Origin: an uncultured delta proteobacterium
GTDB taxonomy: Bacteria > Desulfobacterota > Binatia > JACPRU01
Direction: 5' to 3'
Length of the DNA: 64,000 bases
Assembly (NCBI GenBank): GCA_963745025.1
Contig: CAVUWD010000013.1
Span: 256,001-320,000, forward strand
Shown here: piece by piece, positions 1-10,988 of the stretch
How positions within the stretch are numbered: the first letter of the stretch is position 1
How the letters are laid out: each line of letters begins with the position of its first letter
Translations under genes and position numbers: made by a program
Notes under the pieces: model-generated
Told to the model about the DNA's origin: nothing
The model's database searches: none
What the model saw: only the letters and a program-made list of their open reading frames with translations

Positions 1-167
1 CCTACACAGAATCAACCGTCGGGTAATCTATCCGCAAATCACATGCCACGATCTGGCCCTGCGATCGAGGCAACTTCATGTGCGTTTTTCTCGTCGCTGA
101 GAACGTCTCCAAGCGTGTTTCTCAGAACTGGTTACCCCGGCGCTTGGAAAGCGAGGTGCGTCCGGTC

Positions 168-183
168 TGGCAGTCCAATTGCA
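168..183 (+). promoter_or_regulatory. putative sigma-54 -24/-12 promoter
   Basis: TGGCAGTCCAATTGCA fits TGGCA-N6-TTGCA, about 27 nt upstream of the ATG at 211; a sigma-54 activator gene lies nearby. Confidence 0.6.
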
Positions 184-210
184 AGGCTTGATTGGCAGGG
201 AGTAAAGGTC

Positions 211-657
211 ATGCACGAATTTCTCGAATACCGCGTGAGCGACTTCATGAGTCGTAACGGCGTCATGGTGGGGTCCAAGACCCCGCTTAAGGAGGCGGAG
301 CGACTTTTCGAGCGGCACGACTTCAACCTGCTTCCCGTCGTCGAGGGTCGGCGCTTGGTGGGAGTGCTGACCAAGCTGGACTTCCTGAAGGCGTTCAGCT
401 TCGGCCCAGATCGGCTGGTGCCGCATTACCAGGAGATCCTTGAACAACAGGTTGGTGCGTTCATGATGCGAAATCCCATGACCGTGTCGCCTGACATGCC
501 ACTCACCAAAGTGCTCGAGAAGATCGTCGCGACTCGTTACCGATCCTTCCCCGTCGTCGAGGGTGACACGCTGGTGGGCATCATCTCCCGCGAGGACGTC
601 GTCACGGCGCTCCGCCGCGCCGCCGCATCCAAAGCCACCGCCGCGCGGCCCGCCTGA
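211..657 (+). CDS. CBS domain pair protein
   Basis: ATG at 211 after GGGAG; two CBS repeats (LLPVVEGRRLVGVLT, SFPVVEGDTLVGIIS). Confidence 0.85.
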   Translation: MHEFLEYRVSDFMSRNGVMVGSKTPLKEAERLFERHDFNLLPVVEGRRLVGVLTKLDFLKAFSFGPDRLVPHYQEILEQQVGAFMMRNPMTVSPDMPLTKVLEKIVATRYRSFPVVEGDTLVGIISREDVVTALRRAAASKATAARPA

Positions 658-738
658 AACGGCTTCCGCAGGCGGGCTACCGGCGACCGACTACCGCAAA
701 AGCCCATGGTGTCTTTGGCGGTAGCCGGTAGCCGTTTC

Positions 739-2403
739 TCAGAAGAACGTGAATCCCGGAGACAGCAGTTTCGGCGGGATGTGCCGCACGAGGAATGGCC
801 CGTACGCCATCGCGATCAGCACCAGCACGGTCACGACACTGTAACGCAGCCGGTCGAGGTGGACCTCCCAGCCGCTCGCTGGTGGGCCTTCGATCGTCTC
901 GGTAAATGGAATGTCGACGCCCTCGCTCTTCTCGCCGAAGACGACCGTCATCGCCAGAACGAAGAAACACGCCATCGCGCTGACGAACATCATCGTACCG
1001 CCCACGCCCGTGAGGATTGCCGGGAGGCGCCAATCGGCCTTGTAATAGGGCGCGGCGAGCACCAGCGTGCGCCGCGGCATGCCCAACAGGCCGCCCGAGA
1101 TCATGCCGCGGGCGAAGATCAGCACGCCGACGAAGTAGATCCAGCCCTGCCAGCACGCGAGCCGTGAGCCCCAAAGCCGCCGCTCGCTGAGGTAGGGAAC
1201 CAACCAATACGCGATGCCCATGACCGACAACGCCACCGCGGCGCCGACGGTGAGGTGGAAGTGGCCGGGGATGAACGCGGTGTTGTGGACGACCTGGTTC
1301 ATGCTGAAGCTCGCGTTCATCAGCCCCGTGATGCCGCCCAGCATGAACGCCAGCATGGCGAGCACCTGCGCCGAAAGCGCCGGGTCGTGCCACGGGATCT
1401 TCAGGAACCACGCCGCTAGCCCCTGGCCGCCGCGACGGCGAGCGCCGATCTCGAGCGCGTACATGACCGAGAAGGCGGTGGCTAGGCTCGGGAAGAAGAC
1501 CGCGAAGGTGAGCACGGCGTGGGCGAACTTCATATGACCCGAGATACCGGGATCGGTGAATTGGTGGTGGAAGCCGACCGGGATCGACAGCACGATGAAC
1601 ATCAGAAAAACGACGCGCGTGAGCGTATCGCTGAAGAGCTTCCCGCCCGCGAGCTTCGGCACCATCGCGTACCACGACACGTAGATCGGCAAGAGCCAGA
1701 AGTAGACGATCGGGTGGCCGCTGTACCAGAAGAGCGTGCGGCTGAGCAGCGGATCCGCACCGGGGAGGAGCCCGAGCGACCACGGAAGCAACAGAAACAC
1801 GACCTCGACCGCGATGCCGATCGAAGCGATGTCCCACATCACGTACGTCGCAACCGACAGGAAGGCGAGAAGCGGGATGCGCTCGCCTGGATTGTCTCGC
1901 CGCCAGCCGCGCAGCATCACGAGCTGCGTGGCGGACGTCACCCACGTGCTGACGACGAGGAGCGCCAGCCCGAGGTAGAACGTCCAGTGGGCCTGTAGCG
2001 GCGGATAGAACGTGAAGAGCACGCTCGCCCGTCCCGAGAACATCGCGAAGGCGGCGAGCAGCGAGCCGAGGACGAGGCAGGCGAACATCGCGATCATCAA
2101 GCCCTCGTTGCACTTCCGTCCGAGCCCGCGCGCGGTGGTGAGCAGCAAGAACCCGTTCGAGAACGAGAACGTGAACACGATTGCGTTGAAGACGCCGTGG
2201 ACCGTCAACCCCTGGTAGTACGTGCGCATGCCCGGAAAGAACTGCAGGATGTTGACGCCCGCGTAGTTCAGAGCCTGGCCGAGCCCGTTGATGACGCCGA
2301 CGGCGAGGGCCGCGAGGCCGAAATAGATCGTCCAGCGGATGACCGCCCGCTGCGAATCGGGCAGCGCGAAGCCCTTCGGATCATGAACCACCGGTGTGCT
2401 CAT
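739..2403 (-). CDS. cbaA: cytochrome c oxidase subunit I, ba3/B-family
   Basis: Multi-TM protein with TVHGV, FWYSGHPIVYFW (His-Tyr), FHHQF and GHFHL heme/CuB ligand motifs. Confidence 0.92.
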   Translation of the reverse strand: MSTPVVHDPKGFALPDSQRAVIRWTIYFGLAALAVGVINGLGQALNYAGVNILQFFPGMRTYYQGLTVHGVFNAIVFTFSFSNGFLLLTTARGLGRKCNEGLMIAMFACLVLGSLLAAFAMFSGRASVLFTFYPPLQAHWTFYLGLALLVVSTWVTSATQLVMLRGWRRDNPGERIPLLAFLSVATYVMWDIASIGIAVEVVFLLLPWSLGLLPGADPLLSRTLFWYSGHPIVYFWLLPIYVSWYAMVPKLAGGKLFSDTLTRVVFLMFIVLSIPVGFHHQFTDPGISGHMKFAHAVLTFAVFFPSLATAFSVMYALEIGARRRGGQGLAAWFLKIPWHDPALSAQVLAMLAFMLGGITGLMNASFSMNQVVHNTAFIPGHFHLTVGAAVALSVMGIAYWLVPYLSERRLWGSRLACWQGWIYFVGVLIFARGMISGGLLGMPRRTLVLAAPYYKADWRLPAILTGVGGTMMFVSAMACFFVLAMTVVFGEKSEGVDIPFTETIEGPPASGWEVHLDRLRYSVVTVLVLIAMAYGPFLVRHIPPKLLSPGFTFF

Positions 2404-2867
2404 TCCACGACCACCTTTCCGAACATCAGATGATGACCGACGCCGCAGTACTCGTGACAGATGAGCAGGTGCTCGCCGCGATCCTCGAAACGATATTCGA
2501 GTTCGGTGATCTCACCGGGGATGAGCATCGCGTTCAGTCGCGTGCCCTCGATCAAGAAGCCGTGAATCACGTCCGCCGACGTGGCGCGGAAGCGCACGTT
2601 GGTGCCGGCGGGGACGTGGATTTCGTTCGGCTCGTACGCCCATGCGTGACCGACCAGGACGACCTCGTAACGACCCGGCGCAACTTGGCGAACGCCAGGC
2701 GAGTCGAAGGGCGGCGTCTGGCGGACGGTCCGGGGGTCGACGCCGCCAGAGTGACCGGGGAGATGAATGCCCATGCCGATCGCAGCGTAGGCCAGAGCGG
2801 CGAGGAAGATCACCAATAGCGCTGCGCCGAATGAAAGAAAGATCTTCTCGTAACGTTGTGGGTCCAT
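2400..2867 (-). CDS. cbaB: cytochrome c oxidase subunit II, ba3-type (CuA)
   Basis: Single N-terminal TM; DVIHGF and CHEYCGVGHHLM CuA motifs; 4-nt overlap with cbaA. Confidence 0.92.
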   Translation of the reverse strand: MDPQRYEKIFLSFGAALLVIFLAALAYAAIGMGIHLPGHSGGVDPRTVRQTPPFDSPGVRQVAPGRYEVVLVGHAWAYEPNEIHVPAGTNVRFRATSADVIHGFLIEGTRLNAMLIPGEITELEYRFEDRGEHLLICHEYCGVGHHLMFGKVVVE

Positions 2868-2870
2868 TCG

Positions 2871-2999
2871 TCACCTAGACAGCATGATCAAGTACATCGC
2901 GCCCCACATGCCGGCGAGGGCCGCGAGGTAGAGCGTCATCAGAAAGAGGGTGCCCGTCGGCGGCGGCAGGTCTTCTTCCGGTTCGTGTTCCTGATTCAT
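2871..2999 (-). CDS. cbaD: cytochrome ba3 oxidase subunit IIa-like small protein (42 aa)
   Basis: Not in the ORF track; translated by hand as MNQEHEPEEDLPPPTGTLFLMTLYLAALAGMWGAMYLIMLSR; one TM with a P-x-G...W...Y...R pattern like subunit IIa; directly upstream of cbaB. Confidence 0.75.
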   Translation of the reverse strand: MNQEHEPEEDLPPPTGTLFLMTLYLAALAGMWGAMYLIMLSR

Positions 3000-3220
3000 C
3001 GCGGTACTCCCTTCATGACGCGTGCGAGGATGAGTGCCGTGCCTGCGAACGCGAGCGAGGCAGCGAACCCACGGAGCAGCGAGCCGGTCTCAATGTTGCC
3101 GTTCAACACTTCGCTGAGCTCATGCCACGCAATCATGGCGAGCGGAGCGGCGATGATCAGGAACGCAGCGAGATAGGCGATTAGAAGAAAACTTTGAGGC
3201 GAGAAGCCGTTCTGCCGCAT
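2996..3220 (-). CDS. small two-TM hypothetical protein heading the cba operon
   Basis: 74 aa with two hydrophobic segments; stop overlaps the cbaD ATG (ATGA coupling). Confidence 0.6.
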   Translation of the reverse strand: MRQNGFSPQSFLLIAYLAAFLIIAAPLAMIAWHELSEVLNGNIETGSLLRGFAASLAFAGTALILARVMKGVPR

Positions 3221-3267
3221 TCCATCGCTCTCCGAGTACGACCGTTTACGAACAACGGGTTAAGCCC

Positions 3268-3282
3268 GCAAGTGGTATGCCT
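3268..3282 (-). promoter_or_regulatory. putative sigma-54 promoter of the cba operon
   Basis: Minus strand reads AGGCATACCACTTGC (GG-N10-GC), about 48 nt upstream of the first operon gene. Confidence 0.5.
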
Positions 3283-3585
3283 TCCTTTATGGCTGGCTGA
3301 TTTTCGGCAGCTTGGGCAAATCCCTATTCCCAAAAGCGAGAGGCAGCGGCCGACTGTATCTGCATATTGCGAAGTCAGCCCGTGGCGATCATGCGAGAGG
3401 CACGGTTCCGCCATCGGAGGCCACTTCCACCTCGCTAGCCAAGACGTGCGCGGACAAGCTGTGCGAGGCTCTCGGCGGCTTCAGGCTCGCCCGATTGCCC
3501 GTGCAGAGCACGTATTTCGAGCCGGTGACGGTGCCGGCGCCACCCGCGAACCGAAGCGACGGCGGGCCTTGGCTCATCGACTCGC

Positions 3586-5022
<1,437 letters not shown>

Positions 5023-5081
5023 TCAACTCCATTCTTGATTCAGAGAATTCGTGTCGGAAAATTCTTGATATTGGGAATTTT

Positions 5082-5516
5082 TCAATGGATCTGCCCACCG
5101 GGTACCTCCTTGAGAAATCCGGCCAACACCTGAAGGCAATCCGTCTCGGTCAGGAGTCCAACGAGTCTTCCGTTCTCGACCACAGGTAAGCACCCGAATT
5201 TCTTGGAGATCATCAAACGAACGGCCTCTTCCAGTGTGTCTTCAGGCGAAACCGTCGAAAGCTCCGTGCTCATCACCAAGCGAACTGGGATTGCCTTCAG
5301 CCAGTCGTGTTCGATCGATCGGCTGAGCTCGAGCACGGATGCGACGGACGCTTTCAAGAGATCTCGCTGGGTTACGAGACCGACGAGACGCCGATTGTCG
5401 GCCAATACCGGAAGATGACGAACGCGGCCGAGGGTCATGATGTCTTCGGCGACGTCTAGAGAATCTTCGAGGCCGAGAGTGGCGACTTCCTTCTGCATGA
5501 TCTCCCGAACTTTCAT
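5082..5516 (-). CDS. CBS domain pair protein
   Basis: Probable start MKVREIM after an AAAGGA RBS; RHLPVL...LVGLVT and GCLPVVENGRLVGLLT. Confidence 0.85.
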   Translation of the reverse strand: MKVREIMQKEVATLGLEDSLDVAEDIMTLGRVRHLPVLADNRRLVGLVTQRDLLKASVASVLELSRSIEHDWLKAIPVRLVMSTELSTVSPEDTLEEAVRLMISKKFGCLPVVENGRLVGLLTETDCLQVLAGFLKEVPGGQIH

Positions 5517-5777
5517 CGTAGCTGATCCTTTCGGGCGCGGATGCGCCACGAGCTTCTTCCTAGCAACCTTCGTTCCGAGGCGGTGGAGGGCTGAGATCCG
5601 CTGTCGGCGCCTAACCTTAGGAGCGAAAATACTTAAACCCGTAGAGCGTGCCGAGCCCGCACCCGACTTGGCCGCCACGAGCTTCTAGGCGCCTCGCGCG
5701 CCTCCAAAGACGGCTCCGCGACTCATCTGGCGCTTGCGACGCGTCCCAGTCGGGTGCGGGCTTGCGTTTGCTCTTCC

Positions 5778-8477
5778 CTACTGCGGGGCAACTCGGATCC
5801 GCGCGTCTACGGCGATCGCGCCCTTCGCCGGCTCGAGCACCTTGACCGGGTTCAGGTCGAGCTCGCGAATCTCGGGCACCAACTCGACGAGCGCCGACAC
5901 GCGCTCGATCACACCTACGAGGGCCTGGCGATCGCCAGCCGGCGCGCCGCGGTAGCCGTCGAGCAGCCGTGCCGAGCGCAGGCTGCCGACCATCTCGAGC
6001 GCGTCGAGATCGCTCACCGGCGTGAGCCGAAAGGCGACGTCGCGCAGGAGCTCGACGAGAATCCCACCGAGTCCGCAAACCAGCAGTGGACCGAAGACGG
6101 GGTCCATCGTGACGCCGACGAGCGCTTCGATGCCCCCGCGGATCTCGCGCTGAAGCAGTATGCCTTCGAAGCGAGCCCCGTGGGCTCGAGCACGTTCGGC
6201 GAGGGTGGAGGCGGCGCGGGCGACGTCCTCAGCCGAATCGAGGCCGAGGATCACGCCCCCGACCTCGGTCTTGTGGAGTACGTCCGGAGAGATCAGCTTT
6301 GCGACCAGCGGGTAGCCCATGCGCTCGGCGGCGGACGCGGCGTCTTCGAGGGTCACTCGCTCCGATGCGGCATGCCCGATCCCTGCTGCGCAGAGCACAG
6401 AGGCGACGTCTTCGGGAGTAAGCCACGCCGGGCTGCTGTCCGCCGCGATCGCGCGATCGATCACCGCGCGGATGCTGCTGGCCGCGAAACGTTCGAGCTC
6501 GAACATCTGGCCGGGCGGCCGCCGGCGCCAGCGCGAATAGCGCGAGGCTGCGGCTAGCGCGAGCGCGGCGTTCTCCGGGAATACGTAACAGGGAAGCGAA
6601 CCACGCTTGCCCTCGTGGAGCGACACCGGCGCACCTTGAGAGGAGATGTAGACGACGAGCACCGGCTTCTCCGGAGGCATCTCGGCGACGCCGCCTGCGA
6701 TACCCTTGCCGATCTCCTCTGGGACGCTGACCATCGTCGGCACGTGCGCGACGACGATCGCATCGACGTTCGGATCGGTCCCGACGGCGGCGATCGTTCG
6801 CGCGTAGTCCTCGGGGCTCGCCGAGGAGATCATGTCGATCGGGTTTCCGAGCGCGGCTTCCGCAGGTAGGAAGCCGCGGAGCTGGTCGAGGGTCTCTGGG
6901 GCAAGCGAAGGGAGCTCCAGACCGCGCGCTTCGCAGGTATCCGCCGCGAGGATCGCCGGTCCCCCGGCGTTGGAGATGATCGCGACTCTCGGCCCGGCCG
7001 GGATCGGCTGGGAGGAGAAGAACTCGATGACGTCGAACAGTTCCTCCATCGTGTTGGTACGAATCACGCCCGCTTGATCGAAGAGAGCATCGACGGCTAC
7101 GTCTAGCTCGGCGAGGGCCGCGGAGTGGCTCAACGCCGCGCGCGCCCCGGCCCTCGAACGACCCGACTTGACCGCTACGATCGGCTTTTGCCGCGCAACC
7201 TCGGGAGCGACCCGGGCGAACTTGCGGGGGTTTCCGAAGCTCTCCAGGTACAGGGCTATGACCCGAGTGCGCGGGTCCTCGGCCCAGTACGCGAGCAGAT
7301 CGTTGCTCGAGACGTCGGCCTTGTTGCCGACGGACACGAACGTCGAGAGCCCGAGGTTTCGGCCGCGTGCATAATCGAGCAGGGCGAGCCCGAGCGCCCC
7401 GCTCTGCGAGAGCATCCCGATGTTGCCGGCCGGCGGCCAAGGCGGCGCGAACGTGGCGTTCAGCAAGATGGCGGGATCCGTATTCAGCACGCCGAGGGAG
7501 TTGGGGCCGATCATCCGCATGCCCGAAGAGCGCACGAGATCACGCAGCCGATCCTGGGCGACACGTCCCTCGGGTGAGACCTCGGCGAATCCCGCCGAAA
7601 CGACGACGAGGCCGTGGACCCCCGCACGGGTCGCATCCAAGACCACGTCCTCGACGGCCCGAGCCGGAACGGCGACGATCGCGAGATCGACCGGTGCGCC
7701 GATCGCGGAGATACGCGGATACGCCGGCAGGCCTTCCACCTCGCATGCTGCAAGGTGAACCGGATAGAGCCGTCCGGTGAAGCCGCAGCGCTTCAGGTTG
7801 CGGACGAGCGCGTTGCCGATCGTGCCTCGGCGAGGGGACGCACCGACGACCGCGACCGAGGCAGGATTCAGGAACGGCCGAATGCTGCTTGCGACGGCGG
7901 AACGCTCCCGCGCGGCGCTTGCCTGATCGGCTTCTTCGGTGGCTTCCGTGGGGAAAGTGACGTAGAAAACGCCACCGTCGATCGCGCGCCGGACGCGAAA
8001 GCCGCTCGTGCCGAAGACTTCCAACATGCGGTTGTTCTCGCCGAGCACGTTGGCCTCGAACTCGTCGATGCCGTTGCCTCGGGCGATACGAGCGAGCTCT
8101 TCGAGGAGCAGCGTCGCGATGCCGCGGCCCTGATGCGCATCGGGGACCGCGAACGCCACCTCCGCGCGCTTCGGCTCGCCGCTCGCGGTCGGCACCACGA
8201 TGTAGCGGGCCACGCCGATGATCTGCTCCTCGCCCCGCTCCCGCAGCGTCGCCACTAGCGCCACGTGGCGAACGAAGTCGAGCTCGGTGAAGCGCCGGAG
8301 TTCGTCGTCGGTGAGCCGGAGCTTCGAGCCGAAGAACCGGAAGTAGACCGAGCGCGCGCTCAGCCGCTTGAAGTGGTCGACGAGCCGAGCCTTGTCGTCC
8401 GGGCGAATCGCGCGCAGGTGGATCGATCCACCGTCGCGCAGCACCGCATCCGCGGCGAATGTTCGCGCGTCGATCAA
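5778..8477 (-). CDS. GNAT N-acetyltransferase fused to an NDP-forming acyl-CoA synthetase-like region (Pat-type protein lysine acetyltransferase)
   Basis: N-terminal GNAT (HQGRGIATLLL), CoA-binding VAVVGAS, SQSGALG, SVGNKADV and C-terminal ATP-grasp (HKTEVGGV, ELDLNPV). Confidence 0.88.
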   Translation of the reverse strand: MIDARTFAADAVLRDGGSIHLRAIRPDDKARLVDHFKRLSARSVYFRFFGSKLRLTDDELRRFTELDFVRHVALVATLRERGEEQIIGVARYIVVPTASGEPKRAEVAFAVPDAHQGRGIATLLLEELARIARGNGIDEFEANVLGENNRMLEVFGTSGFRVRRAIDGGVFYVTFPTEATEEADQASAARERSAVASSIRPFLNPASVAVVGASPRRGTIGNALVRNLKRCGFTGRLYPVHLAACEVEGLPAYPRISAIGAPVDLAIVAVPARAVEDVVLDATRAGVHGLVVVSAGFAEVSPEGRVAQDRLRDLVRSSGMRMIGPNSLGVLNTDPAILLNATFAPPWPPAGNIGMLSQSGALGLALLDYARGRNLGLSTFVSVGNKADVSSNDLLAYWAEDPRTRVIALYLESFGNPRKFARVAPEVARQKPIVAVKSGRSRAGARAALSHSAALAELDVAVDALFDQAGVIRTNTMEELFDVIEFFSSQPIPAGPRVAIISNAGGPAILAADTCEARGLELPSLAPETLDQLRGFLPAEAALGNPIDMISSASPEDYARTIAAVGTDPNVDAIVVAHVPTMVSVPEEIGKGIAGGVAEMPPEKPVLVVYISSQGAPVSLHEGKRGSLPCYVFPENAALALAAASRYSRWRRRPPGQMFELERFAASSIRAVIDRAIAADSSPAWLTPEDVASVLCAAGIGHAASERVTLEDAASAAERMGYPLVAKLISPDVLHKTEVGGVILGLDSAEDVARAASTLAERARAHGARFEGILLQREIRGGIEALVGVTMDPVFGPLLVCGLGGILVELLRDVAFRLTPVSDLDALEMVGSLRSARLLDGYRGAPAGDRQALVGVIERVSALVELVPEIRELDLNPVKVLEPAKGAIAVDARIRVAPQ

Positions 8478-8678
8478 CGACCGCGAACTACAGGAAGACC
8501 TTTGGAAGCGAAAGAGCAGTCAGGAGTGCTGCGCCACGGATCGCTCCCGCTGGTCGCGAACCGGCTCCGGCCAGGCAGCCTGCCGAGCTAGCATCTGGCG
8601 ATACTGAGCCTATGATGCCTATGATGCAGTTACTGACACCGCCGCGCGGGACAGCGGCGATCCGATGATGAAGGCGCA

Positions 8679-10283
8679 ATGAACGCTGCCGACGTCCTGC
8701 CCGCGGAGTTCAACGCGGCGGCCCATTTCGTCGATCGGAACCTCGCCGAGGGGCACGGCGACCGGCTCGCGTATCTCTGCAGCCAGAGTACAGTCGCCCC
8801 TTCTTCTGCCGGCGAACGCTCGCTTCGTTACCGAGACGTCGCGGAGCTCGCCAACCGTACCGGCAACGCGTTTCGCGAGTTGGGCGTTGGTCTCGAGGAT
8901 CGCGTGCTGATGGTCTGCCTCGACGCCCCCGAGTTCCTCGGAACGTTCTGGGGCGCGATCAAGATCGGAGCGGTTCCGGTGCCGGTCAACACGCTCATGC
9001 GCTGGCGCGACTATGAGTATTTCCTGAACGACAGCCGTGCCAAGGCGATGGTGGTTTCGGCGCCGCTCTTCGCGGAGGTCGCTCCGGCGCTCGGCCAAGC
9101 GCCCGGTCTGAGGCACGTGCTGATCGCGGGAGGCGATGCTCCGGGCTGTCTCTCGTACGAGGCCCTGCTGGAACGCGCCTCGTCTGCGCTCGAGCCGGCG
9201 CGCACCTCGCGCGATGACGTCGCGTTCTGGCTGTATTCGTCGGGCTCGACCGGTTTTCCGAAGGGCGTCGTTCATCTGCAACACGACATGGTGGTCGCCG
9301 CCGAGTGCTATGCCCGCCACGTACTCGGCCTCACCGCGAACGACCGCATCTACTCCGCCGCCAAGCTCTTCTTCGCCTACGGTCTCGGCAATTCGGGCTA
9401 CTTTCCGTTGAGCGTTGGCGCAGAGGCGGTGCTCTATCCCGAGAGGCCGACGGCAGAGCGCGTCTTCGAAGTTCTGAGCCGCCATCGTCCGACGATCTTC
9501 TTCGGCGTGCCGACGCTCTATGCCGGGATGCTGGCGCTCGCGGACGCCGAGAGCCGCTATGATCTCTCCTCGCTCAGGCTATGCGCCTCTGCCGGCGAGC
9601 CTCTTCCCGCCGAGATCTACCGCCGCTGGCTCGATCGCTTCGGCGTCGAGATCCTCGACGGCATTGGCACCACCGAGATCCTGCACATCTTTCTCTCCAA
9701 TCGTCCGCGGGCCGCGCGTCCGGGCTCCTCCGGGGTCCCCGTGCCGGGTTACGAAGTGACGATCCTCGACGAGCAAGGAGCGCCCGTCCGCTCGGGGACG
9801 ATCGGCAACCTGCGCGTCAAGGGCGATTCGACGATGGCCTTCTACTGGAACCAGCACGAGCAAACGAAGGACGCGCTGCGCGGACGGTGGATCGAGACCG
9901 GCGACAAGTACTATCGCGACGAGGATGGCTACTACTGGTACTGCGGTCGCAGCGACGACATGCTCAAGGTGGGCGGCATCTGGGTCTCGCCCGCCGAGGT
10001 CGAGGCGGCCCTCGTCGAGCATCCCGCCGTGCTCGAATCGGCGGTCGTCGGTCGTGACGACCGGGACGGGCTCCTCAAGCCGCAAGCGTTCGTGGTGCTC
10101 AAGGAACGCGCGCTCGCATCGCAGGCGCTCGCCGAGGAGCTCAAGGGATTCGTGAAGAGCCGGCTCGCACCGTACAAGTATCCGCGCTGGATCGACTTCG
10201 TCGACGAGCTTCCGAAGACGGCGACCGGCAAGATCCAGCGCTTCAAGCTGCGTCATCGATCGCCAGAGGAGCGCCCCGTATGA
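8679..10283 (+). CDS. benzoate-CoA ligase family (aryl-CoA ligase)
   Basis: FWLYSSGSTGFPKG, AAKLFFAYGLGN, DGIGTTEILHIFLSN, TGDKY and PKTATGKIQR motifs. Confidence 0.9.
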   Translation: MNAADVLPAEFNAAAHFVDRNLAEGHGDRLAYLCSQSTVAPSSAGERSLRYRDVAELANRTGNAFRELGVGLEDRVLMVCLDAPEFLGTFWGAIKIGAVPVPVNTLMRWRDYEYFLNDSRAKAMVVSAPLFAEVAPALGQAPGLRHVLIAGGDAPGCLSYEALLERASSALEPARTSRDDVAFWLYSSGSTGFPKGVVHLQHDMVVAAECYARHVLGLTANDRIYSAAKLFFAYGLGNSGYFPLSVGAEAVLYPERPTAERVFEVLSRHRPTIFFGVPTLYAGMLALADAESRYDLSSLRLCASAGEPLPAEIYRRWLDRFGVEILDGIGTTEILHIFLSNRPRAARPGSSGVPVPGYEVTILDEQGAPVRSGTIGNLRVKGDSTMAFYWNQHEQTKDALRGRWIETGDKYYRDEDGYYWYCGRSDDMLKVGGIWVSPAEVEAALVEHPAVLESAVVGRDDRDGLLKPQAFVVLKERALASQALAEELKGFVKSRLAPYKYPRWIDFVDELPKTATGKIQRFKLRHRSPEERPV

Positions 10284-10705
10284 AACAGCGGATCATCAAC
10301 CCGACGGCCCTCTCGCGGCCTTCCGGCTTCAGCCACGGGATCCTCGTCGAAGGCGGGCGGATTCTCTTCCTCGCCGGGCAGACCGGCAGCGATGCCACGG
10401 GTCGGATCGCCGATCCGAGCGATCTCGTACGCCAGTTCGACCTGGCGATCGCCAATCTCGGCGCGGTGGTGGGCGATGCCGGAGGCGTGCTCGGGGACGT
10501 GGTGAAGCTCAACGTCTTCGTGCGGAGCCGCGACGACTACGTGGCGAAGCTCAAGCCGCTCGGCGAAGTGTTCCGCAAACACTTCGGCGGCCACTATCCC
10601 GCGATGGCGCTATTCGAGGTGAGTGGGCTCTTCCAGAAAGAGGCGCTCGTCGAGATCGAGGGGATCGCCGTGCTCGGGAGCAAGCCCCCGCGGCGATCCC
10701 GTTAA
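10280..10705 (+). CDS. RidA/YjgF family protein
   Basis: GFSHG, LFLAGQ, DVVKLNVFV, YPAMAL, LVEIEGIA; coupled to the ligase gene. Confidence 0.85.
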   Translation: MKQRIINPTALSRPSGFSHGILVEGGRILFLAGQTGSDATGRIADPSDLVRQFDLAIANLGAVVGDAGGVLGDVVKLNVFVRSRDDYVAKLKPLGEVFRKHFGGHYPAMALFEVSGLFQKEALVEIEGIAVLGSKPPRRSR

Positions 10706-10988
10706 CAATCCGAAGGTCGACGGCAAACTCCCGAGGACGAAGGACGAGGACGACGGGTGGTACGCTGGTTCGTCTCGAGCGAATCCGCTCATCGTCTTGA
10801 AGGGGGGACTCCACCCGATCGAGCTCGGACTTCTAGAGCAGGTTCCGGGCGACGCCCTGCTGCTCGTTCGGGCTGCTCACGTTGTGTCCAAGAGCGTTTT
10901 GAGACAGGATTTCGGGATAGTGGTGGCCATGGAGCTTGACGCTGGTGTTGCAGTTCGAGGGGAAGGGCCTCCTTCGGCTCGCCAAGCG

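Noticed and set aside
8608-8627. GCCTATGAT tandem duplication in the Pat/ligase intergenic region
   Set aside because: Only two 9-bp copies; could be an operator but there is no supporting evidence
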